Virus record (IMG/VR): IMGVR_UViG_3300002307_002134
Coordinates: 32,001 to 96,000 of that record
Strand: one strand, 5' to 3'
Length of the DNA: 64,000 bases
Source of the DNA: a virus
Below, piece after piece: positions 50,401 through 60,600 of the stretch. Made by a program: the position numbers and the translations under genes. Below the pieces are notes generated by a model, which did no database searches, was not told the origin of the DNA, and was given only the letters and a program-made list of their open reading frames with translations. Position 1 is the first letter of the stretch; every line of letters starts with the position of its first letter.

Positions 50401-50665
50401 AAGGGTGTTTAATTACCCAAACAATGACAATAGTAATGATATAAACAATGGTATTTACCCTATTAAATTTATACCAGAATATGGTTTAACCGTAACATTT
50501 AGTGGTTCACCAATATCAACTATTGATAACAATCAAATAGCAATGCCAGCAACATCATTTGTTGCAAATGGTTCAAACGATGATTACATTGTTATAACTA
50601 GAAAAAATAACACTGTAACAGAAAAAGTCTATGTTCAACAAATAGATGCACAAAATTATAACTAA
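47405..50665 (+). CDS. Large beta-helix/solenoid fibre or spike protein (paralog A)
   Basis: ~11-residue IxNIxIGxxS repeats; blocks shared with 54178-56592. Confidence 0.7.
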   Translation: MSTILVNNITPYSGGTINLNGVTVNNGVLSATTYVNIPSSFFTGGTVDGNTNFTSSITANTISTNSLSGTTIYGDGYNITNLNVDFLPTITKSELDTFISTSGLTKGQHYKITGVNPELYGGTDIILQAVSTNAISKNGHGLFYNPKYNEYDIWSPISLIEFESQIGNFSTDEYIIGDSGQIGKMIGLPGEIRISFIAIQGEFSGGTTFTGVNSSAYATVVNLTSANYNIGDRVIWGGKLWANVSGTSVNVVNQVIATGTSGYWQYFYFGSGVEYSNFTITNGVETFASNGNTGCWNLTGDHGGYGCLFDTGYGYVHFNAGPVDGIPLTGSYTTNVVSNINTGDYTPWALGSSWELVPYNETDYIPTWDIIEYEYEHNNISLRKDVYNEVISEWDITVNGWGYNSIKSMQWGGNVFILTANNAYLYNLVNFNGENIYNVNLDKNSGFDSYQYWGFSTDISTINIGIYGYLYFNSIGNYNRINNINIGAKSYIENITLSNNDYDNIYFNGINLGNSGDNSQVYIQDVNLSSGSYFYGLELGNSNVNDTYIQNINLYNGSGIFNIKLDQGSYMYGIHCYNYGRLRDIQIGQGAYIEYIDVYNGGDMFSIKLEGGANYGGWSKECYVYGIIIGQDSYMHDVVVGLGSYIEDIDMGESYCRFKHITLGESSKIYNITYHSNNGQFRYNKIGNNTKIHNIDLYNCYFDYNTIGDNSEIQYMGLGNNARFDYNEIGNSCNFGSITISNNAELGFFKVGLDSFIDSITLKEGVYLGDITIGEYLSLTNATFDTDVYGKIIDRNNNDFPATYYVDGSSNIYLADIYYAGVITLKTQKATLTYTGYTGTGFTIYDLIIDATTNAQGNIANNDIYVGTVTSEVIATADGNTRVFPFTLANQRIVASTVTLTDTVETFTDNGNGILSGSYGGTGTTNYHTGVGTVTFNSNPAYGQAITVNYQYATGGTLTLNMKSPKTLSFNNGDTINNGNGGSAIVAAYTATTTAATISRVFNYPNNDNSNDINNGIYPIKFIPEYGLTVTFSGSPISTIDNNQIAMPATSFVANGSNDDYIVITRKNNTVTEKVYVQQIDAQNYN

Positions 50666-50682
50666 AAAATAAAAACAAAAAA

Positions 50683-51774
50683 ATGGGAGTAGCTTCAAGA
50701 CAAATTTCTAAATTATTTACCGCTGACGGAACAGCGAATAGCATTACATTTTCCAAACCACCAATTTTTTTAAGCGGTACTACTGGAGACACTAAAAGCA
50801 TGATTGCTTTTGATGACAAAAATATTTATTATAACGCAAAAGATTTTATAGATGATATGAGTCCAGCTGATTGGAAGGTGACTAATCAAGATGAATATGG
50901 TTTTGGTACTTATAAAGCTTTGTTGTCACAGACTGGTACAATTATTGGAAACAATATAGGTACATTTGATGGTGGTTTGATTATTGGTGAGACTTACACG
51001 ATAACAGATTATGTTACTGGTGATGATTTTAGCAACATCGCTAATATTCAAAGTGGTACTATCAATTCAACTGGTTGTGTATTTGTTGCAACTGGTGAAT
51101 ACCCAATGAATTGGAATAATGGTTCACAATTAACATCTACTGGTAATATTGTTGCAAACGTGTTGGAAAATACTTTAGGGTATGGCATAAATTGGTCAAC
51201 CGCACCATTTGGGGGTTACGGTTATTATGTTGGTGTCAACGATACTTTTGGGTTAAGTAACGGAATATTTCCAAAAACAATTACTTATGTTACAGCTCAA
51301 AATAGTTACCCTTATGATTGGGGTGGGGGCATGTCACCAGAATTAATAACAAATGTTGGTGGTATTATGGGATATGAAGAATTTGTTGTTATTAACGCAT
51401 GGGATTGGTATATTGATGATAACGCTACCAATGCATTATATTGCACACCTGTTGAAATAAAAGTTAAAGGTGGGGCCCCAATTAAAGTAAATGGTGGTAT
51501 TAATGCTAGTTTTCCTTTTAATTTTGTAAGCGTAGCTTTGTTTTGTAATGGTAGTAATATAACTAGTGTATATGGTGTTGATTACACAGCAACAGTTAAT
51601 AATATAACTGAATTGTTGGCGTACTTAAACAATGACCCACACACATCTGCTAATGGTTTGTTCCGTTATTATGAAGGTGGTGATAGTGGTATTTTTGTAA
51701 CTATGCCTACATATATTAAAAACGCTTTATGTTTAAATGGTGAGCTAACTTTCTTGGCTTTTTCTGATTACTAA
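50683..51774 (+). CDS. Probable fibre/virion protein
   Basis: Beta-rich G/T/N/Y composition and context. Confidence 0.55.
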   Translation: MGVASRQISKLFTADGTANSITFSKPPIFLSGTTGDTKSMIAFDDKNIYYNAKDFIDDMSPADWKVTNQDEYGFGTYKALLSQTGTIIGNNIGTFDGGLIIGETYTITDYVTGDDFSNIANIQSGTINSTGCVFVATGEYPMNWNNGSQLTSTGNIVANVLENTLGYGINWSTAPFGGYGYYVGVNDTFGLSNGIFPKTITYVTAQNSYPYDWGGGMSPELITNVGGIMGYEEFVVINAWDWYIDDNATNALYCTPVEIKVKGGAPIKVNGGINASFPFNFVSVALFCNGSNITSVYGVDYTATVNNITELLAYLNNDPHTSANGLFRYYEGGDSGIFVTMPTYIKNALCLNGELTFLAFSDY

Positions 51775-51801
51775 AAATAACAATTAAAATAAACAAAAAA
51801 C

Positions 51802-52146
51802 ATGATAAAGTTAATAAAAAGAACAACAGATAAAAAATTTTTACAGTCTCTTAGTGCTGATACTTGGGTTGATACTGCTAAAGAAGCATTTGAAATGACT
51901 TATTTTGAATGTGAGGCAGCTAAAACAGAATTATTAAAGATATATCAACCTCAAGAAATAAAAGAGGTTGTAGTTTTCACTAAGTCAAAACCCATGTCTG
52001 AAGAAGAAACAGTTGAGTTATCTGGAATATTGGGTTTAAAAAATATGACATCAATTTTAAAACCTTCAACAATAGGTAAAAAAAATGATTATTTGAAAGG
52101 ATTAAACTTGACAGAAAGTTCTTTAAAAAATTTATCTAAAAAATGA
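51802..52146 (+). CDS. Hypothetical protein
   Basis: ORF overlapping the next start. Confidence 0.6.
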   Translation: MIKLIKRTTDKKFLQSLSADTWVDTAKEAFEMTYFECEAAKTELLKIYQPQEIKEVVVFTKSKPMSEEETVELSGILGLKNMTSILKPSTIGKKNDYLKGLNLTESSLKNLSKK

Positions 52147-52832
52147 TATCAAACAAACCATATACATTAGGCCGAACTTATTCAGCTGACACAAGAGACC
52201 ATAATTATCTTATAAGCGAACACTTATTAAAAACCGCAAAACCATTAGCTGCTGGTATTACTAGTCGTTATTGGGATGATACAGTATGGTGGGGTGACCA
52301 AGGAAATACACCACAATGTGTTGGTTATGCTTGGGCACATTGGATTGACGATGGCCCAGTTTATCACAGTGGTTCAACACACCCTTATTTGGCACCAAGT
52401 GTTATTTATACCAATGCTAAAAAATTGGATGAATGGCCAGGTGAAAATTACGATGGTACATCAGTTAGAGGCGGTGTAAAATATTTAAAAAATCAAAACC
52501 TTGTATCTAATTACTATTGGGGTTTTGATGTGAACACACTTGTGAATACAGTTTTAAACTTAGGACCAGTAGTTGTAGGTACAAATTGGTATTACAACAT
52601 GTTTTACCCTAATAGTTCTGGATTGATAAGGATAGGCGGTCCGTTAGCTGGTGGTCATGCATATGTAATAAACGGTGTTGCGACAACTTCAAAACTATTT
52701 AGAATAAAAAATAGCTGGGGTAAATCTTGGGGTCAAGCTGGTCATGCTTATATTAGTTTTTCTGATATGACAAGACTTATAAATGAACAAGGTGAAATTT
52801 GTTTAGCTACTGAAATTGGTCTGACAAGATAA
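52143..52832 (+). CDS. Papain-like cysteine peptidase (C1A)
   Basis: DQGNTPQCVGYA, GGHA and KNSWG catalytic motifs. Confidence 0.88.
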   Translation: MISNKPYTLGRTYSADTRDHNYLISEHLLKTAKPLAAGITSRYWDDTVWWGDQGNTPQCVGYAWAHWIDDGPVYHSGSTHPYLAPSVIYTNAKKLDEWPGENYDGTSVRGGVKYLKNQNLVSNYYWGFDVNTLVNTVLNLGPVVVGTNWYYNMFYPNSSGLIRIGGPLAGGHAYVINGVATTSKLFRIKNSWGKSWGQAGHAYISFSDMTRLINEQGEICLATEIGLTR

Positions 52833-52872
52833 CATTTTTATAAAAAATAACAAAAAATAAAAACAAAACAAA

Positions 52873-53166
52873 ATGAAACCAGATTTCAAAAACAAATTAA
52901 AACGTAATCTAAATAACGAAAGTTTTAGTGGTTTAACTATTTCTCTTCCATCTCAAGTGGTTGTTAAAGAAATACCTGCTTATCAGATTAAAACAGACAA
53001 AATAGAAATCACTGAAATTGTTGATGATTCAACTAAAAAAACAGTTACTGCATATACAAAACAATTTGGTAAAGTTGTTCTTTGGGAAGGCACTGTTTAT
53101 GATTCTATTGGTCAATGGACTGATGATGAAGTAAAGTCTAAATTGATTTCTTTATACGTAAAATAA
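52873..53166 (+). CDS. Small protein, paralog of 56602-56898
   Basis: Shared FSGLT..LPSQVVV.EIPA and LWEG..YD.IGQWTD. Confidence 0.75.
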   Translation: MKPDFKNKLKRNLNNESFSGLTISLPSQVVVKEIPAYQIKTDKIEITEIVDDSTKKTVTAYTKQFGKVVLWEGTVYDSIGQWTDDEVKSKLISLYVK

Positions 53167-53186
53167 GTTTTTATTAACAAAAAACA

Positions 53187-54146
53187 ATGAATAATAATTT
53201 GATTCTTAGGACCCTAACTAGTCCATATGGAGATATTACAAAAGGTAGTGTTTTAAGTCAAAGCGAACTTGACGGTGATTTTATTTACCTTAAGGGAGAG
53301 GTTATTTATTCTGCTAAAACTGACAATGGTATTGTAAATCTTAAAAAAAATAACGGAAACGATATAAGTTTTAAAATTAATGGAAGTGGTAATAGATGGC
53401 ATATTCCATCTGGTACAACTGTAACTATTGATACTGATTTTCAAGATTTTATTTATGGTGATTTATTTGTTGAGGGGGTTCTTAATTTAGAATTAAATAG
53501 TAAATTAATTGTATTAAACGGTAACGTTTATATTAGTGGTGGTACGATAACAGGTTTAGGTACGATTTATCTTATTGACTTACCAACATTTGACACTTAT
53601 GTGACTGGCGGTACTTATACAAGTAGTGCTAGTACAATAACCTTAACCAACAATTCTGGTGTTTCATTTAGTGTTAGTGGTATATCATCGGGTGGCAATT
53701 ATTGGGTAAATGGTTCATCTGGAAATTATTCTTTAAAAGTAGTCAACGATACTTCGATAGATGCAATTGGTGATTATTCTTTGGCTGAAGGTTATTCTAC
53801 AATAGCTATTGGACTTGCAAGTCATGCTGAAGGTAATTACACAACAGCTAGTGGTGATGCAAGCCATGCTGGTGGTAATAATACAATAGCTAGTAGTGAC
53901 CAAAGTTTTGTACATGGTAATAACTCAAAAGCTAGTGGAATCAATACAGTAGTATTCGGTGATAGCATAACAGGTACAACAGATAACACTGTTTATGTAC
54001 CAAATTTTGTACTTAAAAAAGCATCAGCAGTTCCAACAAGTAGTTCTGATTCAATTGGTGAGAACGGTTCAATAACATGGGATAATACTTATTTTTATTG
54101 GAAAGCAAACGGACAATGGTTGAGAATTAGCGGAAGCACATTTTAA
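53187..54146 (+). CDS. Fibre protein with YadA-head-like repeats
   Basis: SHAEG repeats; C-terminal domain resembles that of 43365-45056. Confidence 0.7.
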   Translation: MNNNLILRTLTSPYGDITKGSVLSQSELDGDFIYLKGEVIYSAKTDNGIVNLKKNNGNDISFKINGSGNRWHIPSGTTVTIDTDFQDFIYGDLFVEGVLNLELNSKLIVLNGNVYISGGTITGLGTIYLIDLPTFDTYVTGGTYTSSASTITLTNNSGVSFSVSGISSGGNYWVNGSSGNYSLKVVNDTSIDAIGDYSLAEGYSTIAIGLASHAEGNYTTASGDASHAGGNNTIASSDQSFVHGNNSKASGINTVVFGDSITGTTDNTVYVPNFVLKKASAVPTSSSDSIGENGSITWDNTYFYWKANGQWLRISGSTF

Positions 54147-54177
54147 TTAGATAACATATTTATAATAAAAAGAAAAA

Positions 54178-56592
54178 ATGGGTAGAATATATTTAGAAAA
54201 AAACGGAAAAACAACCGTATTATTTAATAATGAAGATATAAATTCAATATCAGCTCAAACTGATACATATTTTGTTGGTACTGATTTGAATACTGGTCAG
54301 TTTGAAAAAAAGAATCCAGATGGTTCAATAATAAATCTTGAAGCTGGGAATTATGCGACTATAAGTCGTGCTGATTTTATTACATTATTGAATAATAGTG
54401 GATTAACTGAAGGGGTTTATTATAAAATAACTGGAGTTCATACAGATTTATATGGTGGAACTGATATTATATTAGCAGCCACTTCTAGCAATAGTGTGTC
54501 ATCAAGAGGTTATGGATTATTTTATAATCCTAAATATGATGAATATAATGTTTGGTCAAATGTATGTAGAATTAATATTTATGGACAAACTGGTGAATTT
54601 AATAGTATTGAAACATTTACAAGTAATAATTCTATAACTGGACAGTTTGTATCTTTACCAGGCGTATATACTATGTCTTTTACAACTGATGGTTCATTTA
54701 ACGATTGGGATTCTGCTTCAACTATAACTGGTGATACATCTGGTACTCAAGCTACTTTGGATGGAATTTTTGATTTTCCAAATTATGCTGTTGGTGATAA
54801 AGTGATTTGGGGTGGTAAGGTATGGGTAAACTTAACTGGTAATATAGGTGCTAGTATAGATGCTTTTAATTTAGATTCTAACTGGAGTGTTATTACATAC
54901 AATACTAATGATTATAATTTGGTTGCAGATGTGATAGATTATAATATTGAATATGACGTTATTTTTTATAGAGAAAATCAATTAAATAAAGTTACTTGTT
55001 ATTTAGATATTATTTCAGAAATCGAATACAGTACTATAAAAGCGTTTCCATGGGGTAATCCATTTGTTAATGCTGTAGAATGTAATAATGGTATAATAAA
55101 TAATCTAATTAATTTTAATGGTTTTTTATTATCAAATGTAAAAATAGGTTTTAATTCATTTTTTGATTTTAATTATTGGGGTAAAAATAGTTATATAATT
55201 GATATTGTTTTAAAAGGCGGTTATGCAATTCAAGGAACTCAAGGGATTACAAACATTGTATTAGGTGATTCTAATTATTTTTTTGGAATAGAATTGGGTG
55301 TTGGTACTAATTTAACACAGATTAATATAGCAAATAATGATAATTCTAACATTAATTTTGATAGTATAAAAATTGGAGATAGAAGTGGTGATGGCGTTAG
55401 CGAAATTAGAAATATTGTTTTATTACCAAATGTTAAATTTGGTAACATAATAATGGATAATTGCGGTAACTCTCAGAATGGTGTTAATTCTAGTCATTCT
55501 TCAATAAGCAATGTTATATTACATTATAATTCAAAAATGTTTAATATAAAAATGGGTCAAAATAGTATAATTGACACTATAGAATGCATTGAAGGTGGTA
55601 AAATGCGTGATATTATTATGGGTCAAAATACAAATTTAACTAGAGCTTTTATTGATTATTATTCAGACATATTCAATATTAATTTAGTTGGTGGGTCTAA
55701 ATATGGTGCTTGGACCAAATATTCTCATATTGATAATGTAAATATTGGGCCATATACTTATATGCATGACATTGTTATTGGAGAAGGTTCGCACATTGAA
55801 AATATTGGGATGAATGGTAATTCTTACGGTAGAATTAGATATATAAACATAGCCCTTAATTCAAATATAAATAATATTAGTATTCATGATGATTATGTAA
55901 ATTTTGAAAATATTGAAATGGCTACTGAATCAAATATTAGTGGAATAAATTTATATTATCAATCATATTTTGGAAATTTAAAATTAAACAATTCCGCTGA
56001 AATTAGCAGTATAACTTTACAAGAATACTCTAGTTTTGATACAAATGAATTAGGTATAAATGCTTCAATTAACAACTGTATATTAAATTCTAATTCATCT
56101 TTTGAAACCAATAAATTAGGTATCGAATCATACATTCAAATGGTAACACTTAATCCTAACGTATCTTTGTATAATATAACCATAGGTAATATTTTAAGTA
56201 TTTACAATTTAACACTTAATAATAGTATTGAAAGTAAAATAATCGAAAAAAATAATAATAATTTTCCAGCAACTCTTGATATTACAGGATTGAGCGATAT
56301 TGATTTGAATAGCGTTTATTTTGCTGGTGAAGTTACTTTGACTTCTAGCAATTCTGGTGAAACAATCAATACTATTAGTAACTCTAGAACATTTTTTCCA
56401 GTTAAATTTTTAGCTTATAGTGCTATAAGTGTTACATTTAGTGGAACACCAGTGACTAGTTTAACTAGTTCTAATCAAATAATTATGCCTAGTGCTAATT
56501 TTATAATTTCTGGAAATACACATGATTATTTTATAGTTAAAAATAACAATTATGATTTTGTTCAACAAATTGACGCACAAAATTACATTTAA
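54178..56592 (+). CDS. Beta-helix/solenoid fibre or spike protein (paralog B)
   Basis: YKITGV..LYGGTDIIL, GLFYNPKY, VIWGGK, YMHD and VQQIDAQNY shared with paralog A. Confidence 0.72.
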   Translation: MGRIYLEKNGKTTVLFNNEDINSISAQTDTYFVGTDLNTGQFEKKNPDGSIINLEAGNYATISRADFITLLNNSGLTEGVYYKITGVHTDLYGGTDIILAATSSNSVSSRGYGLFYNPKYDEYNVWSNVCRINIYGQTGEFNSIETFTSNNSITGQFVSLPGVYTMSFTTDGSFNDWDSASTITGDTSGTQATLDGIFDFPNYAVGDKVIWGGKVWVNLTGNIGASIDAFNLDSNWSVITYNTNDYNLVADVIDYNIEYDVIFYRENQLNKVTCYLDIISEIEYSTIKAFPWGNPFVNAVECNNGIINNLINFNGFLLSNVKIGFNSFFDFNYWGKNSYIIDIVLKGGYAIQGTQGITNIVLGDSNYFFGIELGVGTNLTQINIANNDNSNINFDSIKIGDRSGDGVSEIRNIVLLPNVKFGNIIMDNCGNSQNGVNSSHSSISNVILHYNSKMFNIKMGQNSIIDTIECIEGGKMRDIIMGQNTNLTRAFIDYYSDIFNINLVGGSKYGAWTKYSHIDNVNIGPYTYMHDIVIGEGSHIENIGMNGNSYGRIRYINIALNSNINNISIHDDYVNFENIEMATESNISGINLYYQSYFGNLKLNNSAEISSITLQEYSSFDTNELGINASINNCILNSNSSFETNKLGIESYIQMVTLNPNVSLYNITIGNILSIYNLTLNNSIESKIIEKNNNNFPATLDITGLSDIDLNSVYFAGEVTLTSSNSGETINTISNSRTFFPVKFLAYSAISVTFSGTPVTSLTSSNQIIMPSANFIISGNTHDYFIVKNNNYDFVQQIDAQNYI

Positions 56593-56601
56593 TCAATAAA
56601 C

Positions 56602-56898
56602 ATGAAATCAAAATTTAAATTTAAAAAACCTTCAATATTTACCAAAGTTGATTTTAGCGGATTGACAGTTGACTTGCCATCTCAAGTGGTAGTTACAGAA
56701 ATCCCAGCTAGACAAATTAAAGTATCCAAGATAGAGGTGTCAGAAATAGTAGACAATTCTACTCAAAAAATAGTAACGGCTTATACCAACAATATGGGTC
56801 CTATTGTTTTGTGGGAAGGTTCTGCTTATGATGCAATAGGTCAATGGACTGATTCTGATGTGGAAAAAAGATTTTTAGAGCTTTACAAGTCTAAATAA
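56602..56898 (+). CDS. Small protein, paralog of 52873-53166
   Basis: Direct sequence similarity. Confidence 0.75.
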   Translation: MKSKFKFKKPSIFTKVDFSGLTVDLPSQVVVTEIPARQIKVSKIEVSEIVDNSTQKIVTAYTNNMGPIVLWEGSAYDAIGQWTDSDVEKRFLELYKSK

Positions 56899-56944
56899 CT
56901 ATTATAAGATATTTATAATAAAAATAAACTTAAAATCAAAAAAA

Positions 56945-57184
56945 ATGACATTCGAAGTTAAAAAAGTAGAACAAGTTGGTGGAGTAAGAGAAAAAGACTC
57001 TAGCCATTCAAGTCAAATGCTAAGCATATCTGTAGGCGTTGTAGGTTGCCCTTACGCTGACATTGTAGCTAACAAACTAGTTGAGTACACTTACGCTAAT
57101 ACTATGAGCGTACAAGCTGTAAAAGATGGTATTCCTACATTTGCAGCTAGTTGGGTAGCAACTAATTATCCACAAGTAGCTTAA
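56945..57184 (+). CDS. Small hypothetical protein
   Basis: ATATTTAT motif upstream; codon style like MCP. Confidence 0.6.
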   Translation: MTFEVKKVEQVGGVREKDSSHSSQMLSISVGVVGCPYADIVANKLVEYTYANTMSVQAVKDGIPTFAASWVATNYPQVA

Positions 57185-57191
57185 ATATAAA

Positions 57192-57566
57192 ATGGAATTC
57201 TTCATCAATAAAAATTCAACATTGCCAGTATTAAAACTGGAACTCATTCGTGATGGCCGAAATGACTTTCAAAAGTTTTTTGAGCTGATTCAGAATGCTG
57301 ATATCTATTTCACTATGAGTGATGTAGTTACTGGTGTTAAAAAAATTGCCAAGAAATCTACTGGAGTTCAATTAGTTACACCACAAAGTGACTGTGTTGG
57401 TGAAGAATACTATTTGATTTATAAGTTTACCGAAAAAGAAACATCTGTGGCTGGCAGATATGCAGCACAATTTACAATAGAATTTCTTGATGGGACAGGT
57501 ACACTTATCGTACCCATCCGTCAAGAACTATTTATCAATGTTTTAGACGGAAGTATAAAAAAATAA
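57192..57566 (+). CDS. BppU-N-like Ig-fold virion protein
   Basis: FFINKNSTLP.L...YKF...T..AG.Y.AQF pattern. Confidence 0.55.
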   Translation: MEFFINKNSTLPVLKLELIRDGRNDFQKFFELIQNADIYFTMSDVVTGVKKIAKKSTGVQLVTPQSDCVGEEYYLIYKFTEKETSVAGRYAAQFTIEFLDGTGTLIVPIRQELFINVLDGSIKK

Positions 57567-57574
57567 TACTTCCA

Positions 57575-57674
57575 CTTGCAAATTAAAAATAAAATTAGTA
57601 ACTTTGTAGCGTACAAAGTTAAATTTTTTTATTGTTAAATTGCTTGTCAGACTCAAAATAGTTTAGTATCTTTG
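57575..57674 (+). promoter_or_regulatory. Tandem Bacteroidota-type promoters upstream of the DNA polymerase
   Basis: CTTG-N20-TAACTTTG (57575-57606) and CTTG-N20-TATCTTTG (57643-57674). Confidence 0.72.
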
Positions 57675-57687
57675 CAAAAAAGATATT

Positions 57688-60600
57688 ATGAGTCTAAAAA
57701 AACAAGAACTCACCAATGAGCAAATTGAGAGCTTTTTACAAGGTTCTGACCCACAAAAATATATTGTTGCCATTGAAGCTGAGTACAACACCCCAACCGT
57801 TACGCTAATTATCAATGACCCAGAATCTGGAAAGCGTAAAGAAGAACACAAATACGAACCTTTTCTTTGGTTTAAAGAAGACATTACTAGAAAAATGTAT
57901 GAAGGGAAGCGTATGGAGATTATCAAAGCTCGTGAAAAACACGGTATTACCTTTAAAAAACTTAGGACATCAAACGATGAAGGTTACACACCTCCTCGTA
58001 TGGAAAATGGTTACAAATACATAGCCCAAACAAAACGTTCATACAATGACCTTATCAATTTCTTCAAAGAAGGTGGTATTGACGTTTTCAGCAAAGAAAA
58101 TTCAAAGATGTTTGTTATGTTCAGCCCAACTGAACAATTTCTTATCCAAACAGGCAAGCGTTTATTCAAGGGTATGGATGATTATGATGATGTACATCGT
58201 TTTCAATTTGACTTGGAAACAGAAGGTTTGTTTGCAAGCAAAAATGCTATATTTCAAATAGGTGTTCGTGATAATAGAGGTATTGAACATGTGTTGGAAA
58301 CCATAGGAAATAACCCACAAGAAAAACGTGATTCAGAAAGAGAAAATATAATCAAGTTTTTCAAAATCATTGACTTCATAAAACCAGATATCATTACTGG
58401 TTATAACTCAGAAAACTTCGACTGGCCGTATCTATTTGAACGTTCCGAAAGACTCAACATTCCTATTACCGAAGTAGCTATTACTCTTAATAGAGCATCG
58501 AAAATCAAACGTAAAGCATCTACACTTAAATTAGGTGGTGAAACAGAAGCTTATAATCAAACACACATGTATGGTTATAACATTCTGGATATTTCACATG
58601 CTGTTCGTAGAGCAATGGCTATCAACTCTGAAATCAAAGGTTGGGGATTGAAATACATCACTCAATACTCTGGTATTGCAAAACCTAATCGTGTGTACGT
58701 TCCAGGTGATAAGATTAATTCTACATGGAGAGATACCGAAAACCAATACGCTTTTAATGACAAGGATGGTGATTGGTACAAGATAACAGAGAAGAATACT
58801 CTTAAAGAGGATTACAAGATTGTTACTGGTGCTTATATTGTACAACGTTATCTTTGTGATGACTTGTGGGAAACTGAACAAATTGACAACCTTTATAACC
58901 AAGCATCATTTCTTATTGCAAAGATGCTTCCAACAACATTCATGCGTTCATCAACGATGGGTACCGCTGGTCAGTGGAAGCTTATCATGTCCGCATGGTC
59001 ATATCAAAATGGACTGGCCATTCCAGAAACACAAACCAAACGTGATTTCACTGGTGGTCTGTCTCGTCTATTGGAGGTTGGTTATGCCAAGAATGTGGTA
59101 AAACTTGACTTTGCAGCTCTTTATCCTAAGACACAGCTTACATGGCTTATCTTCCCAGACCTAGATATTTCTGGTGTAATGCGTGGTATTCTTACATACG
59201 TGGTTGATACTCGTGACCATTTCAAATTCCTCACTGGTATTGAGAAGAAGAAAGCCAAAAATCTTCAAGCCAAATTGGATGAGGACAAAGCCAACATGAC
59301 CAAAGAGGAAATTGATAAGATGAAGAAAGATATTGCTGAACATAAGCGTTTATCAAATCTTTATGATAAGAAACAGTTACCACTTAAAATCCTTGCCAAC
59401 TCTTGGTTTGGTTCTTATGGTGCACCTTATATCTTTAATTGGGGTGATACAGATTCTGCGGAAGAAACAACATGCCGTGGTCGTCAATCACTGCGACTTA
59501 TGGTTCGTCACTTTACAGAAAAACACGAATTTAAACCACTTGTAGGTGATTCTGTAACATTTGATACACCCGTTTATATCAGATATAAATCACAAAAAAA
59601 TTATATCAACATTTTACCTCTATGTGATTTGTTTAATGAGGATTCAGAATTTTTAGATGCAGATAAATTTAGGGATTTTGAAGAAAAACCATTTGAAGTT
59701 TTAACACGTAATGGTTGGAAGGATATAAAATATGTGTATAGACACAGAACAGATAAAAACATTCATAGAATAACAACTAAAGATAGACTAATAAATGTTA
59801 CTGAAGACCATTCGTTATTTCAAAATGGTGAAGAAATTAAACCATCAGAACTTAAAAGATTTGATAGTATAGATACATACGAAATACCAAAAAACAACGT
59901 TGATACTGGTTTAAATGTTAATATAGCTTATTTGAGTGGTTTTTTCTTAGGTGATGGTTCAGCCAATTGTTCGAGTAGAACACAAAAATATAAATCTATA
60001 AAAACTGGTGAAGTACACATAAATAAAGGTAAAAGAAGTGATTGGAAAATATCTAATTCTAGAATTGAATTATTGGAAAAATTACAGACTATACTTAAAG
60101 ATGAATACGGTATTGATGGGGTGATAAAAAATAATATGAAATCAAGTGGTGTTTATAATTTAATTGTCCATAATGTTGATTTTGCTAATAATTTTTGTGA
60201 ACACTTTTACACATCATATAGAGAAAAGAAAATACCATATATGATATTAAACGCTTCTGAAGAAATTAAAAAAGCATTTATTGAAGGTGTTTTTGCTTCA
60301 GATGGTTATGGTGATACAATAGAGGATTGTTCGGATATTGGTATGAAGTCACAAATAGCTATGGCTGGTATTGCTTTATTACTTAAAGAATTAAACATTG
60401 AATATAAGATTAAAACAAGGTCTGATAAACAAAATTTTATTTCATTCTCATTAAAAAATAGAAATAGAAATAACTCTTCATTTACAGATAAAACAAAAAA
60501 GAAAACTAATGAAGTTTGGAAAAACGAAATTATTTTGAATAAAGATAAAAATAATTTTGTTTATGATATTTCAACAGAAGATGGTACTTTTATTTGTGGG

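Noticed and set aside
43365-56898. Diversity-generating retroelement or invertible fibre cassette
   Set aside because: No reverse transcriptase or recombinase in the window; paralogs differ at all base types rather than only at adenines.
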